Source: an uncultured Campylobacter sp. (GTDB lineage: Bacteria; Campylobacterota; Campylobacteria; Campylobacterales; Campylobacteraceae). Taken from it: DNA of 32,000 nt. The stretch spans positions 26,511 to 58,510 of the forward strand of contig NZ_CALHVM010000056.1 of NCBI RefSeq assembly GCF_938039205.1, read 5' to 3'. Below the pieces are notes generated by a model. It was not told the DNA's origin. It made no database searches and was given only the letters and a program-made list of their open reading frames with translations. Numbering within the stretch: the first letter of the stretch is position 1; the number at the start of each line of letters is the position of its first letter. Both the position numbers and the translations under genes were made by a program. Shown piece after piece: positions 26,914 through 32,000 of the stretch.

Positions 26914-27341
26914 TGCTTAAAAAATATTTAGATGAGGCGATGGGCGTGCTAGACGAGCTCATCGCCCAAACTACGGAAGATATAGAAAAGATAAAACTAG
27001 CCGATCACACTAAGGTCGATGATAGCGTCAAACGCAAAAACGAGCTGGTTAAAAAATTCGAATCTATAAAATCGCTGCTAGATAAAGAGCTTTTAAGAGT
27101 CTCAAAAGAAAACGGCGAGGCAAATTTAAGCTCTATCCTTGACGATGAGGTAAAATCATCTCTCGCGCTTATGCGCTCAAAGCTTGAAGAGCTCTACTCA
27201 AAAAACAAAGAATACGCAAAATACGTCGTCGGAGTAAAAGAATTTTTCGATAGCTTGCTAAAAAACATGTTTAAAAGCGAGTCTGGCAGCTACGATAAAG
27301 AAGGCTTGACGCCTGAAAGTTTATTTAAAACAAGGGTTTAA
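26913..27341 (+). CDS. flgN: FlgN-like flagellar chaperone (for FlgK/FlgL)
   Basis: 142-aa helical protein between flgM and flgK. The call is mostly positional. Confidence 0.55.
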   Translation: MLKKYLDEAMGVLDELIAQTTEDIEKIKLADHTKVDDSVKRKNELVKKFESIKSLLDKELLRVSKENGEANLSSILDDEVKSSLALMRSKLEELYSKNKEYAKYVVGVKEFFDSLLKNMFKSESGSYDKEGLTPESLFKTRV

Positions 27342-27344
27342 AAA

Positions 27345-29198
27345 ATGGCTAATATATTTTCGTCTTTACATATCGGAGTTAGCGGCCTAGATGCCGCGCA
27401 GACGCAGATCACTACGACAGGACACAACATCACAAACGCCGACAGCGAGCACTACACTAGACAGCGCGTCGTGCAGTCTGCCAGAGAGCCTTTTCACGAT
27501 ATGCCGGGCGACATCGGTACTGGCACCAAGGTCGATACGGTCGTACGCGTGCATGACGAGTTTACGTTTGCTAGACTTCGAACTTCAAATATAAATTTAG
27601 AATCAAGCGAATATAAAAAGCAAATTTTAGAGGAGATTTCGCAGCGCTTCCCTGATCTACAAAGCGTAGGCATAGGCAGGGATTTGCAAAATTATTTTAA
27701 TGCATGGAACAACCTCGCTTCTAACCCGACCGAGGGTTCTCAGAAGGTAAATCTACTAAATTCGGCCGCGACGCTATCAAATAGCATAAACAAAGCTCAC
27801 GATATGCTAACTAAGATCCAAAAGGACGTGGACTCGCAGATAGAAGTTGCCGTAAATGAAATCAACAAATACGCCAAGCAAATCGCGCAGATAAATAAAG
27901 AGATTGTACGTGTCGAGTCAGTCGGCACTACTAGAGCAAACGACCTACGCGACAAACGCGATCAGCTCGAACTAGCGATGTCTAAATTTGCGGGTATAAG
28001 CGTATTTAAAGGGCAGCTACAAAGTAACAATATCGATCCGACCGTAACTGATATGGGTACGAAACATCAGATAAATATATCTGGTTTTAATATTGTAGAC
28101 GGTACAACGTATCACCCGCTAACAGTCGATAGGATAAGCGACAAGAGCGATTTTAAAGGTGTATTTTTCGAAAGAGACGATAGCAAGAAAGTCGATCTAA
28201 ACGGACGAATCTCGGGCGGTAAACTAGGCGCCGCACTAGATCTGCGCGGACGAAGAGTGGATGATAACGGCGAATTTCAAGACGGAACGATACAAAAATA
28301 CATCGACAACCTAAATACGTTCGCCAAAGGCATCATAAACGAGACAAACAATATCTACGCGAGATCGGCCGTAGAAAACGCCGTGACCGATGAGCTGGAC
28401 GGCCTAAGCGACTCTAGGACGCTGATGAATTTTAACGACGACATCAAGCACGGTAGCTTTGACGTCGTAGTTTATAACAACCAAGGCCAAGAGGTCGCTC
28501 GAAAAACGATAAACATAAACGCCTCTACTACTATAAACGACAATACTCGCGGCAACTCTATCGTGCGGGACTTTAACTCCGACACCGACGATAACGGCGA
28601 CAATAACTCGCTAAACGACGTGGATGATTATTTTCAGGCAAACTACCAATACGACGCGGCGACGGGCAAAGGCACGTTTGGCGTAACAGCTAAAAGAAAT
28701 GCCGGCGAATACAGCGTCGCTTTCGTGGATAAGGGTACGAATTTCCCAGGTATTATCGGTGTAAATAGAGTTTTTGAAGGCGGAAACGCGAAAAATATGA
28801 GTGTAAAAAGCGAGCTGATGGAAAATCCGCACAAGCTAAAAGCCTACTCAAACCCGACTCCTGGCAACAACGAAGTTGCAAATGATATGGTGCAAATGCA
28901 GTATAAAAAAATCATATTTTACTCCGACAAGCATGCGGACAAGGAGGAGAGCGTCGAGGGCTACTATCGCTATATAACCACCGATCTAGCTAGCCAAACT
29001 CAGGCAAATAACGATCTAAACGACGCAAATACAGCTATCCATAAAGTTGCTATGTCTGAGTACCAGTCGGTTAGCGGCGTAAATTTAAACGAGGAGCTGA
29101 CAAACCTCATACGCTTTCAAAGCAGTTACGGTGCGGCGGCTAAAATAATCACGACCGTAGAAAAGATGCTCGATACCTTGCTCACGCTAAAACAGTAA
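27345..29198 (+). CDS. flgK: Flagellar hook-associated protein 1 FlgK
   Basis: The N-terminus is LHIGVSGLDAAQTQITTTGHNITNADSEHYTRQRV and the C-terminus is SGVNLNEELTNLIRFQSSYGAAAKIITTVEKMLDTLL. Both are canonical for FlgK. Confidence 0.9.
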   Translation: MANIFSSLHIGVSGLDAAQTQITTTGHNITNADSEHYTRQRVVQSAREPFHDMPGDIGTGTKVDTVVRVHDEFTFARLRTSNINLESSEYKKQILEEISQRFPDLQSVGIGRDLQNYFNAWNNLASNPTEGSQKVNLLNSAATLSNSINKAHDMLTKIQKDVDSQIEVAVNEINKYAKQIAQINKEIVRVESVGTTRANDLRDKRDQLELAMSKFAGISVFKGQLQSNNIDPTVTDMGTKHQINISGFNIVDGTTYHPLTVDRISDKSDFKGVFFERDDSKKVDLNGRISGGKLGAALDLRGRRVDDNGEFQDGTIQKYIDNLNTFAKGIINETNNIYARSAVENAVTDELDGLSDSRTLMNFNDDIKHGSFDVVVYNNQGQEVARKTININASTTINDNTRGNSIVRDFNSDTDDNGDNNSLNDVDDYFQANYQYDAATGKGTFGVTAKRNAGEYSVAFVDKGTNFPGIIGVNRVFEGGNAKNMSVKSELMENPHKLKAYSNPTPGNNEVANDMVQMQYKKIIFYSDKHADKEESVEGYYRYITTDLASQTQANNDLNDANTAIHKVAMSEYQSVSGVNLNEELTNLIRFQSSYGAAAKIITTVEKMLDTLLTLKQ

Positions 29199-29209
29199 AT
29201 TTAAATTTA

Positions 29210-29252
29210 TTTTAGCCTTTTTGGTTTAAAATCTCGGCCAAAAAGGCTAAAA
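29210..29252 (+). terminator. Perfect 15-bp hairpin after flgK, whose 3' arm abuts the next ATG
   Basis: TTTTAGCCTTTTTGG (29210-29224), a 13-nt loop, then CCAAAAAGGCTAAAA (29238-29252). The ATG is at 29253. There is no U-tract beyond the stem, so a terminator function is uncertain. Confidence 0.5.
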
Positions 29253-30014
29253 ATGGACTTAAAAACATTCCTAGATCAAAACGTAATCTCTAAAAATACT
29301 CATACAGACCTGTTTGCCGCCGCCGATCCGCTACAAGTTGCCAGCAAATTTAAAACGCCCGAGATCTCGCTCATCTGCGCGCTTTTTGCTTACGGCAATG
29401 CAAAACTAATCGTAAATTTTCTAAATTCGCTCGACTTCTCGCTGCTAGATAAAGGCGAGGAGCAAATCGCCTCAAATTTGACGCAGCACAAATACCGCTT
29501 TCAAAGCTGCGAGGACGTGAGGCAGATTTTTATCACCCTTTCACGCCTAAAAAAGCACGGTGATATCGAAGGTGCGGTGAGATCGGGCTTTGAAAAAAAC
29601 GGCTCGATGGTGGACGGCGTAAACGAGCTTATTAAATTTATCTACTCGCTAAACCCTTACCGCTCGGAGGGGTATGAGTTTTTCTTTGGTAAGCCATACG
29701 AAAAAGCGCCGCAAAGCCCGTATAAACGCTACAATATGTTCCTGCGCTGGATGGTGCGAGATAGCGACATCGACCTTGGGCTATTTAAAAGCCTGCCAAA
29801 AAGCAAGCTCCTCATGCCTCTTGACGTGCATACACATCGAGTTTCGCTAAATTTGGGCTTGATCTCTCGCAAAAGCTATGATTTTAGGGCTGTGCGCGAG
29901 CTAACAGACAGGCTTTGCGAATTTGACCCCGCCGATCCGATCAAATATGACTTCGCGCTCTACCGCATCGGGCAAAGCGGCGAACTGGCGCAAATTCTAA
30001 GCGAGATAAAGTAA
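29253..30014 (+). CDS. TIGR02757 / DUF2400-family protein
   Basis: 253 aa. The features ALFAYGN, YRF, FLRWMVR.D..DLG.....P..L..PLDVH..RV...LGL and DP.KYDFALY.IG match my recollection of this family. Not verifiable here. Confidence 0.55.
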   Translation: MDLKTFLDQNVISKNTHTDLFAAADPLQVASKFKTPEISLICALFAYGNAKLIVNFLNSLDFSLLDKGEEQIASNLTQHKYRFQSCEDVRQIFITLSRLKKHGDIEGAVRSGFEKNGSMVDGVNELIKFIYSLNPYRSEGYEFFFGKPYEKAPQSPYKRYNMFLRWMVRDSDIDLGLFKSLPKSKLLMPLDVHTHRVSLNLGLISRKSYDFRAVRELTDRLCEFDPADPIKYDFALYRIGQSGELAQILSEIK

Positions 30015-30089
30015 ATTTGGCGGGTTTTTCTCTCGCGAAATAGCGGCAAATTTAAGCCCTTGCGGCGCATTAAATTTAAGAAAATTTAA

Positions 30090-30114
30090 AGCCTAAATTA
30101 ATCAAATTTAGGCT
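30090..30114. promoter_or_regulatory. 10-bp perfect palindrome overlapping the putative sodC promoter (operator candidate)
   Basis: AGCCTAAATT-aatca-AATTTAGGCT is immediately followed by TATAGT (30114-30119) and the AAGGAG RBS of sodC. Confidence 0.4.
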
Positions 30115-30149
30115 ATAGTTACCTTGCAATTACATTTTAAGGAGAAAAA

Positions 30150-30698
30150 ATGAAAAAAATCGTTTTAGCTAGCGCGGCTCTAGGCTGTCTACTCGCTACT
30201 AGCGCCCTTGCGCACGAGGAAAAAGCCTTTGATCCAAAGGCTGGCAAGCACCTAGTCGTCACTATGGAACAACTAAGCGAAAAAGGCAACACTGTCGTAG
30301 GCGAGGTAGTAGCGATCGAGACTAACTACGGTGTGGCGCTATTCCCGAATCTTAAAGGCCTTGAGGGCGGCGCGCACGGATTTCACGTGCATCAAAACGC
30401 TGACTGCGGCGCAAATGAAAAAGGCCTAGGCATGAAAGCGGGCGGTCACTGGGATCCAAGCGACACCAAAAAACACTCGTTTGCATGGGACGACAGCGGC
30501 CACAAGGGCGATTTACCTGCGCTTTTCGTTGATGCTGAGGGTAACGCGGTTTATCCAGTCCTAGCTCCGAAAATCAAAACAATCGACGAGCTAAAAGGCC
30601 ACTCGCTAATGATCCACGTCGGCGGCGATAACCACAGCGACCATCCAAAGCCTCTTGGCGGCGGCGGCGCTAGAATGGTTTGCGGCGTTATAAAATAA
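30150..30698 (+). CDS. sodC: Periplasmic Cu/Zn superoxide dismutase
   Basis: Signal peptide [21 protein letters not shown]. Metal-ligand motifs [17 protein letters not shown] and GHKGDLP are present, as are [15 protein letters not shown] and [14 protein letters not shown]. Confidence 0.92.
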   Translation: MKKIVLASAALGCLLATSALAHEEKAFDPKAGKHLVVTMEQLSEKGNTVVGEVVAIETNYGVALFPNLKGLEGGAHGFHVHQNADCGANEKGLGMKAGGHWDPSDTKKHSFAWDDSGHKGDLPALFVDAEGNAVYPVLAPKIKTIDELKGHSLMIHVGGDNHSDHPKPLGGGGARMVCGVIK

Positions 30699-30705
30699 TC
30701 CCGTA

Positions 30706-30750
30706 TTCGCCGATTTGCCGCGCTCGGCAGTCGGCGAACTTCTTTTTCTT
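30706..30750 (+). terminator. Rho-independent terminator of sodC
   Basis: TTCGCCGA...(inner GCCG-cgct-CGGC)...TCGGCGAA is followed by CTTCTTTTTCTT. Confidence 0.7.
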
Positions 30751-31134
30751 ACTCAGTCAAATTTAACGCGGCTTTAAATTCGGTGTTTCGTATGTTTTTT
30801 AAACCCGCATCTCGAAAAAGCAAAATCTCAATAAATTTTCTAAAATATCCAAATTTCGTCCGCTCGGTTTTGCAAGCTAAATTTTAAAAACTATATCAAA
30901 TTTACCGTCGTTAAATAGAGCTCAAATTTGCAAAATTTATCTAAAACTTCAAAAATCGCCGAACTTGCCCGCAAAATTTACAAAACGCGCCGCAACCTAA
31001 ACCGCTAAATTTAACCCCGCTCGGTAAAATTTACCCGCCGTTTCGTTAAATTTTAACCGCAGTAAAACAAAAAGCCAAATTTTATAAATTTTTAAAATTT
31101 TCGTAGTATGATTTTGCTATTTAAAGGGGCGAAA

Positions 31135-31902
31135 ATGGACTTTGACTTCGGCGTTACGGCATATTTGATATTTTTCGCGGCGGCCTTTGCGGCAGGTTTT
31201 GTAGATGCGATCGCGGGCGGGGGCGGACTGATCGCGCTACCCACGATAATGGCTATGGGCGTGCCGCCTCACATGGCGCTAGCGACGAACAAGCTTCAAG
31301 GCACTTTCGGCAGCTTCACGGCGGCGCTAAATTTCGCCCGAAAAGGCATGATAAATTTCCGCGAAGTTTTTATCGGCATCGTTTTTACTTTTATCGGCGC
31401 GTGCGTAGGTACGGTCCTTATCTTGTTTTTGAGCGCCGAATTTTTGCGCGTTATTATCCCATTTTGTTTGATAGCGATTTTCATCTATACGCTTTTGATG
31501 CCAAAGGTCGGCGACGAAGACAGAGTCGCCCGCATGAATGCACGAGCTTTTTACGTGATATTTGGCCTAATTTTAGGCTTTTACGACGGATTTTTCGGGC
31601 CTGGAGCGGGCAGTTTTTGGACGTTTGCGATGGTTGCGCTCATCGGGCTAAATATGAAAAAAGCCGTCGCGCATACGAAAATACTAAATTTTACCAGCAA
31701 CATCGTCTCTCTTGTCGTTTTTATCGCGGGCGGACAGATACTTTGGACGGTCGGGCTTTTGATGGGCGTAGGGCAGGTTTTAGGCGCGTATTTTGGCTCA
31801 AACATGGTCATGAAAAAGGACGTTAAATTTGTTAGAGTCGTATTTTTGGCCGTCGTGGGCGCGACGATACTAAAGCTTGTTTACGATAGATTTTTCGCGT
31901 GA
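31135..31902 (+). CDS. TauE/SafE (DUF81) family sulfite/anion exporter-like membrane protein
   Basis: Polytopic membrane protein with the twice-repeated family pattern (AGFVDAIAGGGGLIALP...G.....A.ATNK). ATG 31135 (MDFDFGV) follows AAAGGGGCGAAA and is preferred over 31108. Confidence 0.75.
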   Translation: MDFDFGVTAYLIFFAAAFAAGFVDAIAGGGGLIALPTIMAMGVPPHMALATNKLQGTFGSFTAALNFARKGMINFREVFIGIVFTFIGACVGTVLILFLSAEFLRVIIPFCLIAIFIYTLLMPKVGDEDRVARMNARAFYVIFGLILGFYDGFFGPGAGSFWTFAMVALIGLNMKKAVAHTKILNFTSNIVSLVVFIAGGQILWTVGLLMGVGQVLGAYFGSNMVMKKDVKFVRVVFLAVVGATILKLVYDRFFA

Positions 31903-32000
31903 GTGCTGATTTTAAAAAACGACGTAGAAATTTGAGCTAAATTTGACAAAAAAGCTAAAATTTGGGCGAAATTTGAGGTAAGCTTAAAAAACTTTTAACG

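Noticed and set aside
31401-31826. 141-aa Arg-rich alternative-frame ORF (and minus-strand ORFs) inside the TauE-like gene
   Set aside because: It is an off-frame product of a GC-richer membrane-protein gene. The Arg/Gly-rich composition is typical of frame artefacts.
1-32000. Search for CRISPR arrays, tRNA/rRNA genes, IS elements and prophage genes
   Set aside because: I found no regularly spaced direct repeats with spacers, no tRNA-like T-arm/anticodon structures, and no transposase, integrase or phage-like ORFs on reading both strands. The abundant short AAATTT words are not CRISPR-like, because they have no fixed unit length or spacing.

Overview
This window reads as a chromosomal segment of an epsilonproteobacterium, Campylobacter-like and probably a non-jejuni species. 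GC content is in the mid-40s % by eye, and the species guess is inference only.

Most of it is ordinary core genome in tightly packed, often start/stop-overlapping operons:
- a partial NhaP-type antiporter and metY
- ispB-hemA-proS-fxsA-hemC
- ubiD, thiL and truD
- a yjiH/yjiG-like transporter pair with an M20 peptidase
- RNase P RNA (rnpB)
- two flagellar blocks: flaG-fliD-fliS-(fliT-like) on the minus strand and rsmD-flgI-flgJ-flgM-flgN-flgK on the plus strand, with recognisable sigma54 and sigma28 promoters
- a TIGR02757-like gene, periplasmic Cu/Zn SOD (sodC) and a TauE/SafE permease

I found no rRNA, tRNA, CRISPR array, transposase or integrase.

Observations worth a second look:
1. The palindromic hexamer AAATTT is strikingly over-represented across the whole window, in both genes and spacers. 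I hand-counted about 225 copies where roughly 10-20 are expected. It is often extended to CAAATTTG or GTCAAATTTGAC and often forms the core of hairpins. AAATTT is an instance of RAATTY.
2. A G9 homopolymer sits exactly between a signal-peptide ORF and a 114-aa ORF, which looks like a phase-variation switch.
3. A small accessory islet lies between hemC and ubiD. It holds an Imm10-like ORF, an LRAT/NlpC-P60-type Cys-His enzyme bracketed by an 81%-identical 114-bp direct repeat, and a triply disrupted Tat-signal SnoaL/ester-cyclase pseudogene.
4. A decayed Hcp/Sel1-repeat cysteine-rich gene still has an intact promoter and RBS.
5. Perfect hairpins have 3' arms ending at the start codons of flgN and of the gene after flgK.

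All counts and alignments were made by hand and need computational confirmation.
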